Below, one piece after another: positions 16,802 to 24,525 of a stretch of 32,000 nt of DNA. Within the stretch, counting starts at the first letter, position 1; every line of letters starts with the position of its first letter. A program made the position numbers and the translations under genes. Under the pieces are notes generated by a model. It was not told the origin of the DNA. It made no database searches and saw only the letters and a list, made by a program, of their open reading frames with translations. Origin of the DNA: Candidatus Methanosuratincola verstraetei (lineage in GTDB: Archaea; Thermoproteota; Methanomethylicia; Methanomethylicales; Methanomethylicaceae); assembly GCA_049570475.1 (NCBI GenBank), contig CP186953.1, forward strand, positions 349,393-381,392. Reading direction: 5' to 3'.

Positions 16802-17986
16802 TTATAGACCCTCATGCATGTCCATATAGAGGTCAAGGAGATCGTCCCTTGAAGGCTTCCTCGGGTTCTTTTCCACGAACCTGTAGTGGTTAGTCAGGAG
16901 ATCGTCGACCATCGACTCGAGTTCTGACTCGTTTATCCCAAGTTCGTCCAGCGTCTGAGGCAAGCCAAGCGTATCCATGATTTCGAAGATCTTCGAGGCG
17001 ATCTCAAACCCAGCCTCTACTGGCGAGGCTCCAGACGCATCGATCCCCATCGCGGAGGCGATGATCCTTGTCTTGGCGGGTATTGCAGGGGCATTGAAGA
17101 TCGCGACGTATGGGGCGGCAAGGGATACGGAGGATCCGTGGGGCATCGAGCATTTGGTGGCATATGTGTAAGCAATGCCGTGCGGAAGGCAAAGCCCAGT
17201 AGCCTGGAAGGCCATCCCAGCCAGCAAAGAGGCTGCAGAGAGCCCGGCCCTCGCCTCAAGGTCGCCACCATTGCAGTATGCCCTCTCGAGATAAGCGCAT
17301 GCCAACCCGAGGGCTTTTGAGGAGAGGGAGTCGCTTATCGGGTTCGAGTCGACCGACATCATCGACTCAAGAGCGTGGCATAGGGCATCGATTCCCGCTG
17401 AGGCTGTCGCGTCCGGGGTGGCTGTGCAGGAGAGGCGGGGGTCGACGAGAGCGAGGGCAGGATAGAGCGCGTTGTTGAAAAGAGCGCGCTTCACCCCGTT
17501 ATCGACTATGACAGAGATTGGCGTGACCTCGGATCCTGTGCCAGCCAAGGTCGGTATTGTGATTATTGGGGGACCTTTCTTGCTGATCTTCTCCCCCCTG
17601 AAGTAGCTGGCAGGCTCTTTCTCGTTGACGGACAGGGCGGAGGCGAGCTTTGAGAGATCCATTGTGCTCCCGCCGCCGATCCCTACGACTATTTCCGGCT
17701 GCGACTTCCTCACAATGCCTGCAAGCGAGTTAAGGACCTCGATGTCTGGCTCGGCCTCGGCCATGGTGAACTCAGAGAGGTCCGAACCAGCGCAAGAGAA
17801 GCATTCCTTAATGAGAGCATATGCATTGGTCTTGCTGACCCTGGGACCCGACACAAGGAGCGCCTTTTTGAAACTGAACTTCTTCAGTTCTTCAGGAAGG
17901 CGCGACAGCGAGCCTATGCCGAAGACGATTCGGGTCGGGCAGTAAAAAGCGAATGCCCTGTCCAGAAGATCTAAACTGATGCTCAT
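16802..17986 (-). CDS. iron-containing (group III) alcohol dehydrogenase
   Basis: GIGGGSTMDLSK, PTLAGTGSE, ALCHALES and LPHG. The start is set at ATG 17986 (MSISLDLL...). The longer ORF to 18061 runs into the IS right end. Confidence 0.85.
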   Translation of the reverse strand: MSISLDLLDRAFAFYCPTRIVFGIGSLSRLPEELKKFSFKKALLVSGPRVSKTNAYALIKECFSCAGSDLSEFTMAEAEPDIEVLNSLAGIVRKSQPEIVVGIGGGSTMDLSKLASALSVNEKEPASYFRGEKISKKGPPIITIPTLAGTGSEVTPISVIVDNGVKRALFNNALYPALALVDPRLSCTATPDATASAGIDALCHALESMMSVDSNPISDSLSSKALGLACAYLERAYCNGGDLEARAGLSAASLLAGMAFQATGLCLPHGIAYTYATKCSMPHGSSVSLAAPYVAIFNAPAIPAKTRIIASAMGIDASGASPVEAGFEIASKIFEIMDTLGLPQTLDELGINESELESMVDDLLTNHYRFVEKNPRKPSRDDLLDLYMDMHEGL

Positions 17987-17989
17987 ACA

Positions 17990-18160
17990 AATTTCCCCTG
18001 AATCATAGACCACAGTCATGTGAACTACCCCACCCTGAAGGGTGAGGGCTTCCTGCTTCAATGATAAGGCTTGCTGGTATCGCTACCAGTAGAGGCTTTA
18101 TCTCCACAGGCTCGAAGGGTCGTCCCAACCCCGCTAAACCTCGCTCTAAAATGTTGAGCG
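17990..18160 (-). ncRNA. predicted TnpB-associated omega/right-end RNA region (scaffold overlapping the tnpB 3' end, guide from flanking DNA)
   Basis: Inferred from the known organisation of IS200/IS605 TnpB systems. The tnpB reading frame runs through the right-end hairpin (18028-18047). There is no direct evidence of the transcript. Confidence 0.3.
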
Positions 18161-19160
18161 AAGCGTTATAGTCACGGTCAAGTTTGCCGTGTATATACTC
18201 CCGACTCGTTCCTCTTGGATTTACCTTCAGAAGCGTTCTACCAGCATTCTCAGCTTTGTAGGACAACATCTGAAGGAATTTACTCCAAGAAGCATCTAAT
18301 ATTTTCTGAGCTAAGTTATGGTTTCTAACCATGCCCGTTATGTTCAAGTCTTCAACACAAATGACATCGTAATTGTTAACGTAGAACCTTGAAAGTTTAT
18401 GCAGAAAATCATCTCGTTGATTTACAACCTTTTCATAAACTCTTGCAAGCTTAACTCTTGCCTTAGCTCTATTCTTAGACCCTTTCCTCTTTCTTGACAA
18501 AGCTCTGTGTGCTTTTTGCAGTTTTTCAAGAGATCGCCCATAATACTTCGGATTCTCAATCTGCCGACCATCGCTATCAGACAAGAAATGCTTCACGCCC
18601 ATATCTAAACCGATAGCCCTATCGTTCCTATCTAAAGGTATTACTCTGTTTTCACATTGGAAGACCGCAAACCATTTACCAGAAAGCTCACGCTTAACAA
18701 ACACGCCCTTGATTTTTCCCTCAATTGGACGGTGCAACTTAATGTTGACTGCCCCAACCTTGGATAGAAACAGTTTCTTTCCTTCAAGTCTGAAACCTGA
18801 CTGATTATAATTCAGCGTTTTGAACCATTGCCCCTTGAATCGAAGTTTACCAATTCGTCGTCCATTCTTTTTCAATGCAGACAAAGCTCGAATATTATTC
18901 CATAACTGATAGTTGACCATCTGCAAAACTTTAGAATACACTTGTCCAAGCTCTGGCTTCTCCATTTTTAGTTTAACTATGAGAGCTTGCGTGTCTTTCT
19001 GAGACAGCTTTTGCCCTTCAGCCTTAGCCTTGTTTAGTTCTTCAAGCAACCGATTATAGAGCCACCTGCAAAGGTCAAGATGCTGAAACAATATTTTCTC
19101 AATCTGCTTTGACGGATAAAGCCTGAAGCGATAACTAAGCACTTTCCTGTTCCTCCACAT
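18003..19160 (-). CDS. tnpB: TnpB (IS605 OrfB, RuvC-like RNA-guided nuclease family)
   Basis: The YRFRLYPS N-terminus and the RuvC triad context IGLDMG, ICVEDL and DRDYNASLNI. The CxxC...CxxC zinc-finger segment normally found between TS and DRD is absent (TSREYIHGKLDRD). Confidence 0.92.
   Translation of the reverse strand: MWRNRKVLSYRFRLYPSKQIEKILFQHLDLCRWLYNRLLEELNKAKAEGQKLSQKDTQALIVKLKMEKPELGQVYSKVLQMVNYQLWNNIRALSALKKNGRRIGKLRFKGQWFKTLNYNQSGFRLEGKKLFLSKVGAVNIKLHRPIEGKIKGVFVKRELSGKWFAVFQCENRVIPLDRNDRAIGLDMGVKHFLSDSDGRQIENPKYYGRSLEKLQKAHRALSRKRKGSKNRAKARVKLARVYEKVVNQRDDFLHKLSRFYVNNYDVICVEDLNITGMVRNHNLAQKILDASWSKFLQMLSYKAENAGRTLLKVNPRGTSREYIHGKLDRDYNASLNILERGLAGLGRPFEPVEIKPLLVAIPASLIIEAGSPHPSGWGSSHDCGL
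18028..18047 (-). repeat. right-end subterminal hairpin of the IS
   Basis: The minus strand reads CCTCACCC-TTCA-GGGTGGGG, giving an 8-bp stem with one G:T pair. Confidence 0.5.
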
Positions 19161-19542
19161 ACTTCTTCAACACGTCAAGGCTAACTTGACCAGTGCTTGC
19201 AATGAAGTAGGAATCTGACCAGAACGAGTTACCCCATAATAGGTTTTGGAGTTGGGGAAACTCTTTTCGCAAAAGCCTTGCAGTCACGCCTTTTAGAGTA
19301 TTGACAACTTTCACGAGGTCAGTGGATGGTTTCGCTTTGAATAGAACATGCACATGGTCTTCGGCAGGTTCTTGAGCTATAATCTCGATGTCAAGTTGCC
19401 TTGCCAAGTTCCAGATGATGTTTTTCAAACGTTCTCTGATGGTTTCGTTACAAAGGACTTTGCGACGATACTTGACAACCAGAACTAAATGATATTGGAG
19501 CGAAAAAACTGCGTGGGAAGATTTGTCCAACTTATACTTCAT
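19135..19542 (-). CDS. tnpA: IS200/IS605 Y1 (HUH) transposase TnpA
   Basis: QYHLVLVVKYRR, the HUH motif HVHVLF, and the catalytic Tyr context SDSYFIASTG. It overlaps the tnpB start by 26 nt. Confidence 0.92.
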   Translation of the reverse strand: MKYKLDKSSHAVFSLQYHLVLVVKYRRKVLCNETIRERLKNIIWNLARQLDIEIIAQEPAEDHVHVLFKAKPSTDLVKVVNTLKGVTARLLRKEFPQLQNLLWGNSFWSDSYFIASTGQVSLDVLKKYVEEQESA

Positions 19543-19596
19543 TAGGTTACACAAAAATCACTATACCCTAACACCTTATAAGATTTTCGGCTTTCA

Positions 19597-19618
19597 TCCC
19601 CAGCCTAAACGCTGGGGA
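19597..19618 (-). repeat. left-end subterminal hairpin of the IS
   Basis: The plus strand reads TCCCCAGC-CTAAAC-GCTGGGGA, a perfect 8-bp stem, 55 nt upstream of the tnpA ATG. Confidence 0.5.
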
Positions 19619-19799
19619 CTTCCCGCCGACAGAGTTAAATATGTATTACAGCCAACAATGGCTGATCTTCTGTCCTGACCGGCCCCCACCCTTGCAGCAG
19701 GATGCCCCTCGCAGGGGCAAAAACAAATGTGGGTTAGATGATCAGACTGGGAAATGAGTGGACAGGACTTGTTTGCCTTGCACTGGCATACCGCTGATT

Positions 19800-20414
19800 T
19801 CAGCTCCGGTTGAATATCCTGTAGGCGAGTGCCACGATAGTGCCCGCAACGAAACCGCCGATATGTGCCCAGTAGGCTATGCCGCTCCCATCTCCCCCGA
19901 AGAGGCTGGAGGTCCCGAAGAAGAGCTGAAGAATGAACCAGAAGCCCAGCATGGCAAAGGCAGGGAGCGTAGTGATGTAAAAACCCAGCAGCGTATGAAC
20001 CTTGGCCCTGGGGAAGAGGACCACATACGCCCCCATCACCCCGGAGATCGCCCCAGATGCCCCAACAGTGGGGATTGTGGAGCTGGGATCGACAAGGTAG
20101 TTCACATAGGTAGCCACGAAACCCGTGGCAAGATAGAAGAAAAGGAATTTCACGTGCCCGAACCGGTCCTCGACATTGTCCCCAAATGTCAGGAGAAACC
20201 ACATGTTGCCGAAGAGGTGGTCTACCCCTGCGTGCAGGAACATGCATGTAAAGGCAGTCAGAACGGACGGTCGGGCAGGAATGAAACCGTAGGAGTATAT
20301 TGCCCCCTCGAAGTCTAACAGGCTAAACGCAAAGGCTATTGCGTTGGCGCCAACGAGAAGGAGCGTGATGTAGGGGAAAGTCCTCCTCTCGACCACGTCT
20401 TTTATAGGAAACAA
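19800..20414 (-). CDS. rhomboid-family intramembrane serine protease
   Basis: HAG..HL..N, the catalytic GASGAISGVMG and HIGGFVAG. Six predicted TM segments. TTG start with GGGGAGG 7 nt upstream. Confidence 0.88.
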   Translation of the reverse strand: MFPIKDVVERRTFPYITLLLVGANAIAFAFSLLDFEGAIYSYGFIPARPSVLTAFTCMFLHAGVDHLFGNMWFLLTFGDNVEDRFGHVKFLFFYLATGFVATYVNYLVDPSSTIPTVGASGAISGVMGAYVVLFPRAKVHTLLGFYITTLPAFAMLGFWFILQLFFGTSSLFGGDGSGIAYWAHIGGFVAGTIVALAYRIFNRS

Positions 20415-20644
20415 TTAAAGCCTCCCCTAAAATTGTGCGAGACTTTCCGCCCACGCTTTAAGACCATTCAATTGACGGCGTATAAATCATTTGTCTTCTT
20501 TGGCGGCCTCTATGGATAGGATTGGACGGCAGATGGAGGCTTAATTTTCTTCCGAGAATGCTTGTTTCATGGCTAGTGGTGGAATGCTGGCGGAATGAAT
20601 ACTTATTTTAAGAGCCTGACAGGTTAGGAGTATCGGTGTGACCC

Positions 20645-21748
20645 TTGATAACAAGGGAAAGAGTCTGGGAACTCATCGAAAATTACGAGTTTGGCAGCGA
20701 GGGCCCCACAGTCGGGACACTTGGCAGCCACTCGGCCCTGGACATTGCTGACGGGGCCAAGGAGCAGGGATTCCGCACCATAGTGGTCTGCCAGAAGGGG
20801 AGGGAGCTGCCGTATAAGACGTACCGGAGGATAGTGGATGAGGCGATCGTGCTCGACAAGTTTTCGGAGATAGCCTCCCGCGGCGTCCAGGAGGAGCTTA
20901 GGCGGAGGAAGACGGTCTTCGTGCCGCACAGGGCATTCTCCACATATGTTCCCTACGACGTAATTGAGGGCGAGTTCCTGGTGCCGCTCTTTGGGAACAG
21001 GATGATGCTGAGGTCGGAAGAGAGGTGGGCACCAAAGAACCAGTATTACCTACTCGAGAGGGCGGGGGTGAGGCAGCCCAGGAAGTTCAAATCGCCGTCC
21101 GAAATAGACACGCTTGCGATCGTCAAGGTTCAGGAGGCAAAGAGGAAGATAGAGAGGGCCTTCTTCACGGTTACGGATGAGAGGGACTTCTGGAAGAAGG
21201 TCGAGGAGAGGGTCTCGAAGGGAATTATCACGAGGGAGGACGCTGAGAAGGCAGTGATCGAGGAATATGTCGTCGGGACGTACTTCAACTTCAATTACTT
21301 CTATTCCCCGCTGAGCGGGGAGGTGGAGTTCATGGGCATCGACAGGAGGCTGCAGACGAACCTGCACGACTTCGTCTCGCTCCCTGCGAGGCAGCAGCTC
21401 GAGATTGACCTCCCGCTGCAGAACATTGAGATAGGGCACATGGGAGCCACGATAAGGGAATCGATGCTCGAGAAGGTGCTTGAGAACGGGATACGGTTCG
21501 TGAATGCCACGAAAGAAGAGTACCCGCCAGGCATAATCGGACCCTTTGCCCTGCAGGGCGCGGTCAACAAGGACCAGGAGATAGTCATATTCGACGTCTC
21601 GCCGAGGGTTCCGGGAAGTCCAGTCATCGGGACGACAAGCCCATATGCAAGGTATCTCTACGGCAGGCCCATGAGCGTGGGTCAGAGGATCGCCCTTGAG
21701 ATAAGGGAGGGGCAGGAGACCGGCAGGCTCAAGGAGATCGTGACTTGA
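20645..21748 (+). CDS. purP: FAICAR synthetase PurP, copy 1
   Basis: The GTLGSHSALDIADGAKEQGFRTIVVC N-terminal domain plus an ATP-grasp C-terminal half. TTG start after an in-frame stop, with GGTG upstream. Confidence 0.9.
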   Translation: MITRERVWELIENYEFGSEGPTVGTLGSHSALDIADGAKEQGFRTIVVCQKGRELPYKTYRRIVDEAIVLDKFSEIASRGVQEELRRRKTVFVPHRAFSTYVPYDVIEGEFLVPLFGNRMMLRSEERWAPKNQYYLLERAGVRQPRKFKSPSEIDTLAIVKVQEAKRKIERAFFTVTDERDFWKKVEERVSKGIITREDAEKAVIEEYVVGTYFNFNYFYSPLSGEVEFMGIDRRLQTNLHDFVSLPARQQLEIDLPLQNIEIGHMGATIRESMLEKVLENGIRFVNATKEEYPPGIIGPFALQGAVNKDQEIVIFDVSPRVPGSPVIGTTSPYARYLYGRPMSVGQRIALEIREGQETGRLKEIVT

Positions 21749-21749
21749 G

Positions 21750-22787
21750 ATGCCACCGACAATCGCGGTAATCGGATCCCATTCAGCCCTCCAGATACTG
21801 AAGGGTGCCAAACAAGAGGGGCTAAGGACCCTGCTGATATGCCTCAATGGCAGGGAGAGGCTCTACGGCCGGTTCAGGCTCGCAGACAGGACAGTCTCAG
21901 TTGACAGCGTGGAGGAAATCCTCGGGGACGGGATCCAGGATCTGCTCGAGGAGGAGGGGGCTGTTTTTGTGCCCCATGGCACATTGATATCAGGCGGGCG
22001 ACTCGAAGACCTGGAGAAGCGCTTCAGGCCGAGGATCTTCGGTAACAGGTTCATATTCAAATGGGAATACGACAGGGATCTAAAGGACAGGCTTTTGAGG
22101 GAGGCAGGGATCAGGACCCCAAAGAAGCTTTGCTCCTACTCAGAAATAGACGGGCCGGCGATCGTAAAGCTACCAGGTGCCGAGGGCGGCAGGGGGTACT
22201 TCATTGCAAAGAGCCCAAAGGACTTTGAGGCGAAGATCAGGCAGCTTAAGGATAAGGGGCTGATCAGGAAGGGGGAGGAGGAGAAGGTCTTCATCCAAGA
22301 ATACATAATAGGGGTGCCCGTTTACCCACACTACTTCTGGTCGGCGGTCGAGGGTAGGCTCGAATTGATGGGGTGCGACAGGAGGTACGAAACGAGCATA
22401 GACGCGATCGGTAGGATTAGCGCAAAGGACCAGCTAGATCTGGGGATAACCCCCACGTTCAGGGTGATTGGCAACATGCCCCTGGTTCTCAGGGAATCCC
22501 TCCTCATGGATGTCTTCGATGATGGTGAGAAGTTCGTCTCCGCCGCGGAGAGGCTAGTCCCGCCAGGCATGATAGGACCTTTCTGCCTCGAGATGATATG
22601 CGACGAGGAAGGCAAGCTCTACACTTTCGAATTCTCGGGAAGGATAGTCGCAGGCACAAACCTCTTCGTCAGCGGATCACCGTACAGCGACCTTCTCTTT
22701 GACGAGCCTATGAGCATGGGGAGGAGGATCGCGAGGGAGATAAGGGCAGCCTCGGAGCTCGGTGTGATCGAGAAAGTGACCACATAG
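21750..22787 (+). CDS. purP: PurP-family paralog, copy 2
   Basis: [24 protein letters not shown] and collinear similarity to copy 1 (FVPHG, MG.DRR.ETSID, GPF.LE). Its ATG lies 1 nt after the copy 1 stop. Confidence 0.85.
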   Translation: MPPTIAVIGSHSALQILKGAKQEGLRTLLICLNGRERLYGRFRLADRTVSVDSVEEILGDGIQDLLEEEGAVFVPHGTLISGGRLEDLEKRFRPRIFGNRFIFKWEYDRDLKDRLLREAGIRTPKKLCSYSEIDGPAIVKLPGAEGGRGYFIAKSPKDFEAKIRQLKDKGLIRKGEEEKVFIQEYIIGVPVYPHYFWSAVEGRLELMGCDRRYETSIDAIGRISAKDQLDLGITPTFRVIGNMPLVLRESLLMDVFDDGEKFVSAAERLVPPGMIGPFCLEMICDEEGKLYTFEFSGRIVAGTNLFVSGSPYSDLLFDEPMSMGRRIAREIRAASELGVIEKVTT

Positions 22788-22796
22788 TGGTTCCAA

Positions 22797-23519
22797 ATGT
22801 ACCACTTGAAGTGCGCAAAGGGCGACATTGCCGAAAGGGCGGTCGTATTTGGCGATCCCTGCCGGACAAAGGCATTATCATCTTTCCTCGACCGCCCCAG
22901 TCTGGTTAACAGGAACCGGTGCCTCCTGACTTACACAGGGGAGTACATGGGCACAAAACTGACGCTTTCGACGACGGGCATGGGTACCCCATCCGCAGCC
23001 ATCGTCTGCGAGGAGCTTGCGGCTTTGGGCGCAAAGTGCATAATCAGGGCGGGGACTATGGGAAGCATTTCTGATAAGGTTTCCGTCGGCGATGCAGTGA
23101 TACCGAACAAAGCGATACCATTGGATGGGACAAGTCATGCATATAGAGAGAGGTTCAAACTGGATCGCTTGCCTGTGGCATCGCGCCGAATAGCAGAGCT
23201 CCTAAGGTCGGCAGCCCTTTCGAAATGTGTGATGGCCCACACAGGCACGATCTGCACAAGCGATACGTTTTACCTCGAGGGGGAGGAGGATGCCTCCCAT
23301 TGGAAGAATAAGGGTGTGCTGGGATTCGAGATGGAGTGCTCGGCGATTTTTACGATAGGAGAGATCAGGGGCTACGAGGCAGGGGCCATATTGGCAGTAA
23401 CGGGAAGCCCACACGGCAAGCAAAGGGTCCTCGAAGGGGATGAGATCAGCATGGCGATAGAGAGGTGCGCACTGTCGGCAATGGAAGCTGCGGTTTCGGT
23501 CGAATTGGCTCGAAAATAG
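22797..23519 (+). CDS. nucleoside phosphorylase (PNP/UDP family 1; purine or uridine phosphorylase)
   Basis: FGDP.R, the [15 protein letters not shown] segment, R.GT.GS and [10 protein letters not shown]. Confidence 0.8.
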   Translation: MYHLKCAKGDIAERAVVFGDPCRTKALSSFLDRPSLVNRNRCLLTYTGEYMGTKLTLSTTGMGTPSAAIVCEELAALGAKCIIRAGTMGSISDKVSVGDAVIPNKAIPLDGTSHAYRERFKLDRLPVASRRIAELLRSAALSKCVMAHTGTICTSDTFYLEGEEDASHWKNKGVLGFEMECSAIFTIGEIRGYEAGAILAVTGSPHGKQRVLEGDEISMAIERCALSAMEAAVSVELARK

Positions 23520-23650
23520 TCGAGTGCATGCTGCAATAAAACATTTCTTATGTTGTGGTTTTCATTACCATCTCCGATCATGAAAATTGACTTGTTTATT
23601 TAAAAATAATGGTTTGGCAAGCTGTTTTGGTTTAGTTGGGCGCTAAACCC

Positions 23651-23662
23651 TTTTTTAAATAG
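23651..23662 (+). promoter_or_regulatory. TATA-like box (ttttttaaatag)
   Basis: The best TATA-like element upstream of the structured RNA. However, it sits about 95 nt before the terminal helix, so a leader or another promoter must be assumed. Confidence 0.3.
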
Positions 23663-23753
23663 ACGCATCAATTTCCTACACCATGGGGAGCATCGCAACT
23701 TGCCTTGAACGTTGTAAGAATGCAATAAGTCATGCAGTGCCGAATGTATTTAT

Positions 23754-24015
23754 GCCGCAGTTGAGAACGGAAAGGGCCTGTAGCGGCACCCGACAGGAAC
23801 AGAAGGGAAAGGCGAGCCCGAAAGGGTGAGCAAGAACGGAAGGACCTGGAGGGTGCAGCGGACAGGATGCACGATGGGACGAATCCAGGGCGTCTGGATA
23901 GAATCGGACGCCACGACCGCGGAAAGTCGTTGCATGGGAAGCTCGGGAGGAGGACGCCGGCCATGGCGGCGATTCAAATTCCGGGCATCTCCCTGAAAAC
24001 GTTCTCAACTGCGGT
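23754..24015 (+). ncRNA. structured, purine-rich non-coding RNA of about 262 nt; best guess is a divergent RNase P RNA, family unresolved
   Basis: A 16-bp terminal helix (23754-23769 paired with 24000-24015) closes six local hairpins. An oligo-T tract follows immediately (24016-24024). There is no credible ORF on the plus strand. RNase P-like motifs occur in canonical order (GGAAAGGGCC, AACAGAAGG, GAAAGGGUGAGCAAGAAC, GGGUGCAGCGG, GGAUAGAAU), but there is no clear CR-V/P4 partner. Confidence 0.55.
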
Positions 24016-24052
24016 CTTTATTTTGGGACAATAAATAATTCTAATTCGCAAG

Positions 24053-24475
24053 GTGCGTTGCTTGAGGCACAAGAAGGGTCCTAAATACTTCTATGAGGTA
24101 ATCCATAACATAAGTGAATTGATTGAAAAGATCAATGAAAATTCCTCGCTCGTGCTTGTGGAGGGGGAGAATGACGAAATTGCGCTCAGATTGGCCAAAT
24201 TGAGAACGCCAATAGCTACATTCTGCGATTCCAACCTGCCCAGATTCGAGTTTGTGGACAGGATCGCACGAGACTATGCCGATTCGAGCGTGGTAATCCT
24301 CTTCGACTACGACATGGAAGGGAGCAACGCAGCCAAGCGGATGACGGTAGAGCTTGAAGAAAAAGGGGTCAGGGTGGAGAGGGGCCTGAGGAAAAAGCTA
24401 GGCGAGATCTTGGCCAAGGAGGGGATCAGAAGGATCGAGGAGATCCCATCGATCCTTTCGAAGGCCGAATTCTAG
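24053..24475 (+). CDS. small Toprim-domain protein (UPF0292-like)
   Basis: VLVEGENDEIAL (Toprim Glu) and ILFDYDMEG (DxD), followed by a basic helical tail. About 140 aa, with a GTG start. A T6 tract follows the stop. Confidence 0.7.
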   Translation: MRCLRHKKGPKYFYEVIHNISELIEKINENSSLVLVEGENDEIALRLAKLRTPIATFCDSNLPRFEFVDRIARDYADSSVVILFDYDMEGSNAAKRMTVELEEKGVRVERGLRKKLGEILAKEGIRRIEEIPSILSKAEF

Positions 24476-24525
24476 AACACGGTTTTTTAATAGGCCCGAA
24501 CGAAATAGGATTTTGGAGATTGCCG

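Larger units (their letters stand above)
17995..19665 (-). mobile_element. IS200/IS605-family insertion sequence (tnpA + tnpB); ends approximate
   Basis: Overlapping Y1-transposase and TnpB genes, subterminal hairpins at both ends, and visibly lower G+C (hand counts give about 40-47%) than flanking DNA. Confidence 0.85.

Noticed and set aside
17987-18061. 25-codon N-terminal extension of the alcohol dehydrogenase ORF
   Set aside because: The extension is a translation of the IS right-end hairpin and overlaps the tnpB 3' end. The conserved ADH sequence begins right after ATG 17986.
19594-20318. ORFs of 217 aa (minus) and 186 aa (plus) overlapping the rhomboid gene
   Set aside because: These are alternative or antisense frames of a gene with clear rhomboid catalytic motifs. 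Their products are Arg/Gly/Cys/Pro-rich, with no recognisable features.
21050-21847. 265-aa minus-strand ORF across purP copy 1 and the start of copy 2
   Set aside because: It is antisense to two well-supported PurP frames and spans their junction. This is typical of G+C-rich antisense open frames.
23668-24008. Three overlapping minus-strand ORFs (75-98 aa) in the 23.7-24.0 kb gap
   Set aside because: All three minus-strand frames are open only because the plus strand is purine-rich and lacks TTA/CTA/TCA. The products are Pro/Ser/Arg-rich nonsense. The region folds as an RNA on the plus strand.
23754-24015. SRP (7S) RNA as the identity of the structured RNA
   Set aside because: A GCCC-GAAA-GGGU..GAGCAA segment resembles SRP helix 8. 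However, it lies only about 60 nt from the 5' end, there is no long helix-5 rod, and no UGUAAC/helix 3-4 Alu arrangement. The multi-hairpin layout does not fit. I have not excluded SRP RNA without a covariance-model search.
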